Below are positions 13,640 to 25,900 of a stretch of DNA of 64,000 nucleotides, piece by piece (positions within the stretch are counted from its first letter, which is position 1; each line of letters opens with the position of its first letter). The notes beneath the pieces are model-generated. The model made no database searches. It saw only the letters and a list, made by a program, of their open reading frames with translations, and had not been told where the DNA came from. The stretch comes from Klebsormidium nitens (Eukaryota > Plantae > Klebsormidiophyceae): the NCBI GenBank assembly GCA_000708835.1, contig DF237222.1:1-64000 (forward strand). Direction: 5' to 3'. Made by a program: the position numbers and the translations under genes.

Positions 13640-14540
13640 CTCAATGCACTGCATCGAGCGGCCGTCTTGACGTTAGTGCAGATAAGAGGACGGCCGATGA
13701 ACGACCCAATTGTTTGAGCGACCGGTGTCGATACCACATTCCCAAACCGCTCATCCGCCAGCATGCCCTACATCAGGAAGCTCCGTTGCTGAGACTTGGG
13801 GTCAGATCAATTGCCTCGCTCGTTCTCGGCGATCGGTTTCACTCAACCAGTCTTCCCTCCAGTGCTAACCCCGCTTTCCTTCCCCTCAAGAGCTTCTTGA
13901 AGAATCAAACCTCCGCTACGCCCTTCCCTCCCTCTCAAACCTCGTCTTGGAGCGACTCAATCTTCGTCTAGTGCTTTCCCCTCTCCCTTCCCGCCAAATT
14001 CTCACCGCACGTGCTCGAGCGGCAGCCTTAGCACCGGCGCGAAGATGCTCATCGCCGGCGCGTGGTCCGACAAGCTCAATCCTCGGGCCACTTCATCATG
14101 AAGCTCTTTTCAAAGGAATCAATCTCCGCCCCATGGCCACCCTCCCTTTCCCTCCCGCCCACTGATCACCGCACGTGCTCGAACGGCCGCCTCAGCACCG
14201 GCGCGAAGATGCTCCGAGAGGTTCCACTTTTTGGGCTATTTGTTCTCAAAGCTCTTGCCAAAGCGACCAACCTCCGTCCCATTGCCACCATCCCCTTCGT
14301 TCCCGCCCAATTCTCACCGCACTGGCTCGAGCGGCCGCCTCAGCACCGGCCCGAAGATGCTTGTCAGCGGCACATGGTCCGATAGGTTCCAGTTTTTGGG
14401 CTATTCTATCTCCGGTGACTCGTGGGCCGGAGATTGGTCGCCTTGGCAAAAGCTTTCCCTCCCGCCCAATAGTCACCGCACTTGCTCGAGCGGCCGCCTC
14501 AGCACCGGCGCGAAGATGCTCGTGACTGGCGCATGGTCCG
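13640..14540 (-). repeat. Degenerate tandem array of the 3' end of the EEP terminal exon
   Basis: Anchor GCACCGGC(G/C)CGAAGATGCT at about 14033, 14197, 14345 and 14504 (the last is the real exon), spacings 164, 148 and 159 bp. A more decayed copy lies near 13640-13680. Confidence 0.9.
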
Positions 14541-17500
14541 AGAGGTTCCAGTCGTCGGGCCACGTGCCGTGCTCCATTTCCTCCGGCTCCAGAAACGCGT
14601 CCCGCACGACGAGGTCCAGGTGCGGGAGCCGCTGCTCGCCGCCCGGGGCGCTCTGGCCGCAGGGTTTTAGGGTTTCTGCGGCTGACGTGTACATGTATTG
14701 GAGGGGGATGGCGGGGCGGCGGGGGGACGGCAGCTCGCCGAAGAGCGCCGCGTGCTGGAGGGGAAGGGGATGACGTCAGTAAGGGGAAAACTTTCGAGGG
14801 GATAAAAGGAGCAACCTTGAGGGAGAAGGAAAGCAAGGGAAGAAAGAGAGGTGCTTGGTTTTGCAGCAGAGAGATGTACAAACGGCGACCAGTTATTTCT
14901 CGGTGAATCGTAGGGTGCAAACAAAAACGCATGGCATAAATTATTCATGTGAGGAAGCCTCGAGGGGGTCAGACTAACGCTGGTGCTAAAGCAGCACCAG
15001 GGCAAACAGACGGGACTCGAGAGCCTTTCTTAGCCCGGATCGAAAGTGGTCTTTGATCATTCTTTCGAGCCCAAATCAAGGGCTCTCTCAAGTGAGTATC
15101 CCTGCAAGACAGCACCCTCATTGTCTAAGACGAGACTAGGCCTGGGGGTTCGCGAAAGCGTTACGACTGTCAAGGGACGAACCTTTACGACTCGGCAAAA
15201 AGGCACACATTCGACACGCGGCTGACTGACTCGATTGTGACGAAGTCCTCAACAAAGATTGATTCTGCAGCGGTATAAAAGACCGTGAAATGTCCTTAAC
15301 ACCAATATTCGACTATATTGGGTCGAACTGGAAAAGTGGGCGGTTCTATGGCAACTAGGTGTGCGGCTCCTACGTACCACGGGTACATCGGCGGTGGGCG
15401 AAGGGGGCGGGTCTGTGGCGGGGTCTTCTACGATGCCCGTGGCGCGCTTTATCAGCTCGTAGGTTTCGGCCATGGAGCGGGTCTTGAGGATGCTCTGTGT
15501 CGTGAGGCGGGAAAGTAATCAGCAGCGGTCAGGAAAGCAGACAAGAAAGACACATAAGAGCGAACCACCTATAACATGCCGGAACGATGAAGGGTACAGC
15601 GACTGACGCTGCAGAGGCAGCAAACGTGGAAAAAGTGCATAAAAGTCTACGTTTGCGGTATTGCAGCAGAGAGAAGCCGCTGTGGCACTCGCCAATCCAA
15701 AGAAACGTTAAAGCTTTACAGGTCCTTCTTTTGAACATGCTGGCTACAGCAAAGTAAGTAGAACCCACAAAACAGAACCACTTAAATTTGCAAACAGATC
15801 GCAATCGAAAGCGGGGGCGCACAAGCATAGCAACAAACGCGATGTTAGTGCCAAGAAAGACCGCTTGCAGCAGATACTTACCTTGAACTCATCGTAGTCA
15901 AGAACTCCGTTGCCGTCCGCGTCCGCTGACGCCAGCAACTCCCCCACCTCTTCCTTGGTCAGGCCGACCGAGTCCTCTCCGGTGAGGCCGAGCTGCCGAA
16001 CGGACAGGGAACGGAATCAGGATGGGCGGCAAAAGGAAGGGAAATAGGCGAAGACAAAGCGAAAGATATTCAGCGACAACCAACACACCAGCGGGGCGTG
16101 TACGAAGTACCTGCGCGAGCGAATTGAACCGTGGACACATAGACGGATGCAAAAGACGACCAGATTCGTTCGTCTGCAACCGAAGAACCCCTCCGTCGCC
16201 CTCAGGAAAGGATTGCGTGCAAACAGTCCCACTTGGCCTGTTGCTAAAACAGCTTCTTTCTGATCCTCGATTGCGTCCGACCTTCTCCACAGACACGGAC
16301 TTTACCCTTCAGAAGATACCCCCCTACAAAGGAGCACCCCAGCCTACGTTGGATCACTCTCCTAACAAGCTCGGACTTCTGTTCAACGCTGGTTTGCCCT
16401 CCCTCTCCTCTCTTGAGTAAGTTTAAGAAACCTCCTCGGCCCCGATGTCACCCCGCAAGATAAACGCCCCAAGATGCCACCCATACCTGGTCCATCGCGA
16501 GTATGAAGTCCTCCAAGGTCACCACATCTTGCTCGCGCGCCTCGCTTCCAGCCTGGAAGAAGTGGAACGCATCGCGCTCTCGTAGGCCCGCTTTGGTCAG
16601 CTTCGCTTTGATCATTCCAAAGACGGCCGCCTTCCAGTCGGCGGTGAGGGGGGCCATTTGGCCGCTCGGGTTGAGCAGCCAGATGAAGTCGACGCCGCAC
16701 AGGTTGCCCCGGTGGTTACGGTGGCTGATCCACTGGGGAAGAGACGAGGGCAGGGGTCAAGCGGGGATTCGGGTCGGGTGAAGTGCTCAGTTGAGAAGGG
16801 GAACAAGCCCGGATAGGATACTTCATACAAGTTGACATATCTGCAGGTAAAAGGCTTTTGTGCGACCTCAAATTCAACAGTCCTTCAAACGCAAGCTTGG
16901 AGGGCTGTCAGATGATTCAAGAAGAGCACATCCTCACTGGTTTTTGAATGACCCAACGGCCTAAGAAACAACACGAAGAGAAGGCTGAAAGCATCCCGTT
17001 CTTCAGAGATTTTTGAGCTAGAAGAGAAAGGTGATTGACGAAAGCTTAGACACGAGAGGCAGAGAGACGGACCATTCCTTGACAAAAGAAACAACTACTC
17101 AAACCGTTTCTAAAACGACTTGACACCACTGCTCACCTGCTGCAGGGTCTCGTCCTCGAAGTTGCGTGCTGTGTCAAAGGAAGACGAGAAGCCCTGGGAG
17201 CGCATGAACTTGTAGACCTGCCCGCGCTTGCTGCCATTCCAGTCGCCGCACAGCACGATCGGCATGGGCGGGAGCTTCTGTTCCGCTTTGTACCGCTCCA
17301 GATGTTCCAGAATCTTGCACACCTGGGTTGCCAGGACAAGCGCTGGGTTTAGAAGGGAATCGATCAATAATTGTCTGAAGCTGGAAAGGTGGCTCATGCA
17401 CCGCGTTCATTTGCCTGAGCAGTCTGGATTGCTTTTGAGCCAGTTGAAGCAAAAGGATTGGTAAACTCCGGTTGTCACATCTGAAAAGTGGTGCAGTAGG

Positions 17501-19630
17501 GGTCGAGACGTAGAAAACCCCCATCCATATACCCAAGAAGCTCGTAAGATGGAGAGATAGTCAAACTTCCCAACTGTACAAGACGAACACCGAGGAGAAA
17601 GCTTGCGAACAGCCAGGAGAAAACAAACAAGTCTCAGCTTTTATTCCATATAAAGAGAGTAAGGATCAACAGGGAACAAGCTGGACCATAAATCACCTGC
17701 CGCAAGCGGATGAGCGTCGAGTTGGAGTTGTGCGGGAACAATAAATGCGTGTTGACGAGCAGAAACTCCATGGGGCATGATGGCTCTGTGCCCACGATGC
17801 AATCCCCTGTTGCTTCCGACGGGTGGTCCCCGCCACGCGTGAGGTGCTTGCATTGCACCCGCAGAAGCTGGGCGACACGATCGCCGCAGTCCCGAAACTC
17901 GATGTCTTGTTGGTCGAGGACGCGCAACTTAGAACTGTCGATTGCAGTGAGCAGGCCTGCGAGGGAGGAGAGGTGAAGTTGGGAACTCGGCAGCGGATGC
18001 GCAGCTCTGAGGTGTCGGTTGCAAATGAGCAGGCCTTGAGGGGGGGGGGGTGAGTGGAGCTCAAAAGGGGATTAGTCCAATTACTGGAAGTTGGCAGCCT
18101 GAATGCGAGATCCAAGGAACCCACGAGCCTCTTACTCAGCAAATGCAGCTTAGACGTGTCAATGGCAGCTGAAAGGTCAGCAGCGCTGTGGTGGAAGGAC
18201 ACAGATTGCACTTCTGGACCATTTGCAGGACCCTGGTAAGGCCAGCAACTACGGTGATAACTTCGGTAGTACCACAAGCAATCTGTAGCTTTCAAAAACA
18301 AAAGTACAATGGTCAATCTCGAAGAAGGTGCTGAATTGAGCATCCGAGCATGAGCATAAGCAAACAGCCGTGCTTCAGTGTTGGGGCGTGATCTCACCAT
18401 CGCCCCGGTTATTTGTCCTTGCCAGCTGGAATGTTTCATAGCCCATCTTGTGGAGGTGGCTGGTATACAGTGCGCACAGCTCTGGATTGCCCAACCAAAA
18501 CTCCTGCAGCCCAACATGCTGCTTTGTCAGGATTAAGTTGCGCCAACAGCACCCTTTTGCAAAAGCTGACCGGCACTCTTTGAGATCTGCCCCAGATTGT
18601 CTAACTTGTAATCCAACCAGATAAGGAAGGTGACAAAATTGCAATGGAAGTCGAGGCAGGAGGTGACAGACAAAGCGGCCCAAAGTACGGAAATCTTGCT
18701 GAAGGATTCTGGTCGATGAGGAATATACTCATTTGCTAAACCGATGTGCCGCAGAAGGCCATTCACTTGATTACACTAGCAAGCGCCAAACGGTGCTGCC
18801 AGCACCTCAGACAGAGTGCTCGAGACACTGTGGGAAGGGCGTCCACAGCAAACTGCGGGCCAGTCAAACCCAAAGCAAGTGCCTAGGATGCAAATTGGAG
18901 CTGATTTCAAGATCTCCACATCAACATCGTTCAACTCTCATAAGTATCTGAGCAATCAGCTTGAATACGAGACTCGGTGGATCTGCTGAGAATGCACCTG
19001 AAGACAGATGATGGAAGAGTGCTTCTCTTCCAGCATGTCCACTATCTTCTTGTTGCGCTCCCACCACGCCTCCCTTTCTTCGCTCTCCCGCTTCCCCTCC
19101 CACTTTCTGTAGTAAATGGGCGCCAAGATGTTGAACGAGGTCAGGCTCAATGTGAACTCGTCCTCGTCAACCGGTGAGCACCCCCCAAACGACCGGGTTC
19201 CATTCGAGAAACGCGTTGGAGCTGGCCCGCGCGCGTTGTTACTCTTTCGTGCCGTCTCATTCAAAGAATTGACTACGTTGGCCCCGAATGCGGGGCTCTT
19301 TACAACTCGCCTGCTTGAATACAGAATTAGCCCATCCGGCGGCCCGAAATCTGGACCAATTTCTCGATGCTTTCCGTTCCAGGTGGTCTGATAACGCTGG
19401 CTAGATTGAGCCCGCTGTGATCCACCTGACAATGGTTTGAAGTTAGCATCACAACGATTTTTGCTGTCTATCCTATGCTGTTTGCTGTTGCTTTTCAGCC
19501 GTGTGCTTTTGCTGAAATCTATTGTATTCAGAGTGCTCCCGTAAGGTGTAGAGCATCGCTGGCTTTCAGTGCCACTGAAGCCAGCCAGATGCCCGAGGGC
19601 CGAGGCCCTAACCACAGTTGTCTGAGTCAT
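14473..19630 (-). CDS. EF-hand calcium-binding endonuclease/exonuclease/phosphatase (EEP) family protein, about 612 aa, 8 exons
   Basis: Exons 19630-18998, 18503-18398, 17956-17697, 17322-17137, 16732-16487, 15992-15882, 15494-15378 and 14652-14473 total 1839 nt in frame. EEP motifs TSFNILAP, IICLQEFW, LVNTHLLFPH, LCGDWNG, GVDFIWL and SDHAPV. EF-hand DADGNGVLDYDEF. Resembles the plant Ca-binding EEP family. Confidence 0.9.
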
Positions 19631-19944
19631 AACTCTAAGCACCACTTTTACGCTTCTGTTTGACTCTCAGGCGGAAACGCCTTGAGGGCGGTAACATTTC
19701 CTTTGCCTCTGGGATCCTCAGATAGACCAACACCTCTCCGGGTGCTTGCACAAAGACAGGGAGAGACAGAAAGGCTACTCAAAGACTCCTTTTTGCAGAG
19801 ATCAGCCGCCACCGTCCTCCTGTGGACTGAAGAAACTGTGAATGCAGGCCCGCAGAAACCAAGTCACGAAATTGGGGAGGTTGACCGCGTCAACCAGCTT
19901 CCCAGCCGTTGAACCTGAGGATGGCAGCGCAATTAAACGTTGCA

Positions 19945-20566
19945 ATAATTTGAGATCAACATCAAATTGCTAAAATTTGGAATCAAATTGATAAATTTTG
20001 AATCAAAATCAAACAATTAAGAATCAAAATCAATTAACTAGTTATCAACATCAAATAAATAGAAATCAAAAGCAGACAATTAGGAATCAAAATCAAGATT
20101 GATCTTGAAGCTTTGGGCCGTCAGATGGTAGCTCGGCCGGATCGACGGGCAAGCTAAGCCTCATCTAAAGCCGTTCATTATCTTTTGTGTGATCCGACGG
20201 TATCGATCGCAGAAGAAGCCTTGGAGCAGCTCCCGGTGCGAGGTCGACCTGGTTTAGCCGGTAGGGTTAAGCCGATCACGGTGGCGCGTTAGGCAAGCAG
20301 AGCATTAAACCTAGGCCCTTCGGTCAAGCTGACATGGGGGTTTGAAGTCGGACCCTACCAGCGCCAGATAAGGTGACTCCTTGGGTCAAACAAAGGGTTG
20401 TAGGGGCAAGAAAGCCGGAACCCCATTTTTCCGAGGGGTCGGTGGGCTACGAGCAGCAATTTTGATTTTGATTCCTAATTGTTTGATTTTGATTTCTAAT
20501 TATTCGATTTTGATTTCTAATTATTTGATATTGATTTCAAATTATATGATGTTGATTTCGATTAGG
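19945..20566. repeat. Pair of long, internally repetitive AT-rich inverted repeats flanking a core of about 355 bp (foldback-like)
   Basis: Left arm about 19945-20100 is built of AATCAAAATCAA-type units and right arm about 20457-20566 of TTGATTTTGATT-type units. AATTAGGAATCAAAATCAAGATT near 20078 matches the reverse complement of AATTTTGATTTTGATTCCTAATT near 20458. Confidence 0.75.
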
Positions 20567-22909
20567 TAATTATATGTCTGTGATTCCGAATGGTTGCAAC
20601 GTTTGCGCTGCAATACCTGAGTCAACCGCCGATCGGATCCGGAGTTTTTCTCACCTCTCGAAGCGTCACCATCTTGCTTTGTGTGAATACACCTTGACGC
20701 GTGGCCGGTCCGCTATGACCTTGGGGTACGTGACGGAGCATCCAGTCTGCGGTTAGCAAGATGCCAGCTGGCATCATTTGACGGCCCAGATGCTTTGTGA
20801 CGTGATGCAGCACTTTCGCTTTTCGTCCTACGTGGCATGGCCGCATCAGATATCCCCCAACAATCCGATGCTGATGCCATTGCATGATCGTTCTTCGGAT
20901 GCCGAACGCTGATCTGCCTCCTGCATTGGATGTGATTGGATGTGCATTGTGCACAAAGCTGCTGCAGGAATGGGCTTCTGAACGCTTCTCCGCGCTTTCA
21001 CGAGCTTCTCAGCTAGCCAGATTCGAGTTTCCTTCAGTCCCCCTTCAGTAAAGGCCAACGGCAGTGGTGTACCCTCTCGAATGAGTTTTTCACAAGGAGA
21101 GGCGAGCCACGTTACATTCCATTGGGTAGTTTAGATAGATCGCATGGTTTTTTCCTTGCACGATGACCTCCTGCATCCGGCGGCGTCAAGTCTCCAATGC
21201 TGTGATCAATAAAGAACAGCAACCTTCTCTGTGGTACAGCCGCGCAGCGCTTGAGTTGGCACCAGCCGTGCAAAACCACCAGCCACAAATGCCTGCAATG
21301 CTTTCTGATTTGCTATAGGTAAGTAGTGAAGAAGGTGTCGCTTGACCCTATGGCTGCGATTGATCGGGCGGGTCAGAAGGTGCACAAAGTCGCCAGCTGC
21401 CGAGTTGGAGGCATCAAAACTCGCAGCTTTGCTTCGGCGGCTTGTTTACCAACAAAAGGGTGGTCACCTTCCTCCGGTCAATGTGGATTCCTTGACCGAG
21501 CTTTGAGCGAAGGAAGGCCGGTAAACCACCCGTCAGAGACCCGTACAATCAAATCAATCAAAGCGCACACTGCAGGGCGGATCAGAGTGTTTGACCGGCC
21601 CTTCGGGCGGTTGAGTTCGTCTCAGGGGTTTCTCGAACCGGGCCCCAGTACTTGCCCCCATAAACAAAATGCACCGTGCTGTTCGCTTGCTGCTGAGCGA
21701 CAACGGGCCGGCAACATACAAAAGCAACAAGAGCCAACGTTTCAGAGGGCTTTCGTCTTGGCTGATCTACAAGCGCCGCTCGTAGTGCGAGATGCTAACG
21801 GGAGCCCACTGATAGGCGGGTTTGGGTTACAGCGGGGGCTTGCAAAGGAGTTGCGGGATGCGGAGGCTGCCAAGGATCAGCGGAAACGTGTAGCTGCAGA
21901 ACAGGTGGGTGAACTCTCAAGGGCAGAAGGTATTGCTTTTCAATCTCGTATAGCACAGTCGCTTCGATGGACTATATCCAAATGCAGCCACTTTGAAGCG
22001 CTGCACACTGGACGCCAGCTCAGAAACCCTGCCTTAGGATCTAAGTGACTTTCTTGCTTTTGAAGACCCCCACAGACATGGAGACGGGTTTTGTCGGGTT
22101 GTTTGACTAATATCATACATTGTACTGTAACGAGAGCCTCCGTCTCCTTCACAAATGCTGCGCTCCTGATTTAGTCCGCAGCAACAAGGGTTTGACAACC
22201 AGCGATTCTTGCCAAACCAGAGAAAGTGCAAGTGAATTTGATTGACCTCAGACTTTACCCAATCGTATCAGACAACATCTTTTGCAAAACTGCACAACTG
22301 CGGAATTCCATCGGCAGGGGTCCGTCATGAGCCACATCACATATAATCAAAATGAGTTACGCGTTTTCCGTAGGCTCGTTTGATACTCGATCGGCTTCTC
22401 CAAGGTCGGCGCAACGGAACACCGGATGAGAAGACCTTGGGCGCCCACCTCGAGTGGTTGTGCGATCAGCGGACGTTCGGTTTGCTTATGAAGGTACGCT
22501 GCTTGCCGTTCCACAGAAAAGATATAAGGGTGCACCATGTTCTGTTCAAGTGGTTGACAGGCATAGCTCTGTGAGCATCATTTGAATTTTAGAACGTGAC
22601 CACTCATACTCGCGGTCAGGTTCTGAATGAGGGGCAGGGCTAAGGGCAGGTACGCAGCAATCAGTTGGTGGACGCACTTTCTTGCGATCCTTACATCCAG
22701 GACCTTTTCTGAAACTTTCCGAATGCATTGGGAATGTTGACAAATCTTCTCTGCATTCCACCGAACACTTGAAGGAGAGTCCATTGGCGTCAGGTGGCCA
22801 ATTCGGCGGTTCTCTCTCTCTCACTTCACTTCTCCTTCAGGGCAATGGGATTCACCACGATATCTATGTTTAATTTCTTACTTTTTCTATTTTTCGGCCG
22901 TAGCCAAAA

Positions 22910-25900
22910 ATGGGGTTCAACCATGATACTTCTTCCACTCAGGAACTAGGCACCGCCTCCTGGGGCGACACGGCCGGGGGCATCCTTTCCTTCCTGAGAA
23001 AAGTCGGCCGCTCGCCCGACACCCGGGGCCATTCCGAGGCTCTGCGAGCACTGGGCCGCGTCGGACAAACGGACGCCGCCCTTCAAATCCTCCGCGAGAT
23101 GACGTCATCGGGGCCTCCTCCAGACGTCTGGTGCTACTCGGAAGTTCTAAAAGCGTTGGCGAGCGCCGAGGACGTGGGGGGGGCGCTGGCGACTTTTGCG
23201 GAGATAAACGAGAGGGGGGTGGCGCCGAACGTTTGGTGTTGCAACTCGCTCGTGACGGTGTTGTGCAAGGGGGGCCGGGTGCGGGAAGCGAGGGGGATCT
23301 TGGAAGCGATGCGGCGAGGTGGGGGGATGGCGAGTGAGGGGAGTGTGACTACGCTCAGCGGGGGCAGTGTAAATACGCCTCAAGGGGAGAGAGAGAGGAC
23401 CGAAACGAGTGAGAGTGGGAGGCATGAGCAGGTGGGCAGTTTCGAGCAGGTGGAGCTTACTTCTCAGACGGGGGTGGAAGGGAGCGCAGAAAGTCGGGAC
23501 GCTCCGGGGGGGCTCTCTGATGAGTGGATGACTGCTTTTGACGAGAAGGAGCAGGGCGGCGCAGTGAGAGATAGCAAAGGAGGGCGCGCGACCACAGGCA
23601 AAGCCTCAAGGAACAGTGAAACGAAGGGCAAGTTGACGATGGCTGGGGGAAAACGTGGGGAGAGAAGCGGTCACATCCCGAGCGTGGTGCGTTCGTTAGA
23701 GGCGTGTGTTGTAGAAAGACAGAACCCGGGAGACGCGTCCGTAGCTGCCCTCAAGAGAGAGGTCCAGCCAAGGGTCGCAGGTGGTATCCTCAGGCAGCCT
23801 GCTGATGAAGATGACGTCAGCGTGCCGGCGCCTGCAGACATTGGGGCAAGTCCAGCGGTCGATCACAATCCTCCTACGGGAGACAACGTGAGGCTCTTGG
23901 CAAGGGATGACGTCAGCATGCTGCTCGGGAGCAGTGCAGCGGCCGGGCCGCATGGGCGAGGCAGGGGCGACTTCGAGGGCCACCGAGAAACCGGACGGGA
24001 AAACGTTGCTGCGATGATTGTGAACGGGGACAGCGTCGGTGTTGACCGGTTGCTGGGCGTGTCGTCGAAGTCAGAGCTTGGAACACTGCCGCATGCCTTG
24101 GCTGAGGGGTTTGGTCTGAAAGAAGTGTCCCATGAGGCAGACCGGGAAGAAAGAACAGGGGCGGAGGCAAGTGGAACGACAGAGGGGGATCCCTTGAGGG
24201 GCACGGAGGATGTCACGCGTTCTTCTCAACTGCTGACCGGTCTGGAGGTGCTAAAACGCGCCATGCTTGGGAGTCGGCAGAGCCACGTGGACTCTCCGTC
24301 GGTCGTCTTAAGGGTACTTGAGGCGGACAGCGCATCCAAAGGGGATCCCCCTGGCGAGAGCGCCCCAGTGGGGGATCCCCCGGGCAAGGGGCGAGCTGGG
24401 GCCTTCCGGGAAAACCGGAATGTGCGGCTGGACAACGGAACGGCCCTCAGAAGTGGCGTTGAGACATTAGAGGTTGATTCAGAGGAAGAAAGGGGCAGTT
24501 ATGTTGAGCGGAGACAGGACAAGGGTTTGGTGCAGGGAAGTGGGGGAGGGGGTCGGACGATGGGGGAAAAGGGCGCTGCGTATCACGGGCGCACCATTGA
24601 TGCGAGGAGTCGAGCGCACGGCTCGGGAGTCGACGTGCAAACGGACGGTCCAGATGCCACGCTAGCTCGATCGGACGGTTCGCGGGTTGGCAGTCAGACG
24701 GACGGTCGGAACGCTGAGCTCGCTGACGAGACTCACAAACGATGCGGGGCCTGCTCTGCGGAAAACAGCGGCGATCCGCAGAGCACCGATGAGAGCCATC
24801 GGCAGCTTCGGTTGCAAGAAGGTCGTTCGCGTCACCTCCCGGAAGAAAGCAGGCGAACTCTGACGTCAGCCGAAGTCGAGCGTCAACACAGTAACAAGGC
24901 TCCTGTCACAGAACCGACGGCCGAAAGGGAGAGGTCCACATCGCCCGCTCGTTCCTCCGAGTCTAGTCGCGCAAGGCAAGATCCGCTTCCCCTGAAGGCC
25001 GACGTCAGCAGCGGGATGCAGTCCAAGGCTGACGTCAGAAACGGGGTGCAGTCGAAAGCTGACGTAAGAAGGGCGCTGCAGCGGTGCCTGCGGTGGGGGG
25101 CAAAATGGCCCGCGGATTGGCCCCCCCCACCGGCGCCGGATGCCGTAACGTACAACGTTCTGATCGGGGCATCGGACGGATGGCGCACCGCCGTCGAGCT
25201 GCTAGAGGGCATGAAAGCGGACGGAGTAGCGCCGACGCAGATCACTTACAACTCTGTGAGTTTGGCTGGAGCCCGTATCCTGACTTCTTCCTGACTTTGT
25301 TGCCAGCTTCAGCAGGTCGTGCGACTTCTTTCCGGGTCTGGTCTTCTTCTTGAGGATTTGGGAGTGCTTTGCATCCATTCTGATAAGAGGGGTGACGCTG
25401 GCACATATGAGTCAGTAACCGGTCATTCCCGTGCGCTTGATCTCATTGTGGAGTTGTTTCTGTTTCACTCTGCACTTGCGCTAGATTCTGGGTTGCGATC
25501 GTATGTGCGGGAAGATCTGTTGGTCGATCTCCGGGTCTGCCTGTCCAGTATCTGGTTCCGAAAGGTTCTGGAGATGCAAACGCTTGTACCTGCGGTCATG
25601 GATCGACATGGATCGACATGACATGCACTTTCTATCACGGGGTTGTGTTTCGAATACCTTAAATTTGAAGGGCATAGACCTCGATTCATCGGTCTGCGCT
25701 TCTGAAAACTCCACCGATCTGAATACCCGGTCAAGGTCCGAACACTGCTCAAGAATTCAACTCGATGCAGCTTGCTTAGTTGGCGCCGTAACAAGAGTGC
25801 CTAATGTATCTTCGTCTGCGCCTAGGGAACAGTTTGTTTGTCACGTTAAACTTGCAGTCTACGTCAAAAGTCAGAAGGTTGCACCCTCCTCCATCCAGAC

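Noticed and set aside
14661-14676. AGGGTTTTAGGGTTT telomere/telobox-like sequence
   Set aside because: Only about two units, and it doubles as the branch-point region of the last EEP intron. Not enough to call an interstitial telomere.
14231-14932. Long ORFs of 180 and 228 aa, and similar antisense ORFs over other GC-rich exons
   Set aside because: Shadow frames of GC-rich coding exons and echo repeats.
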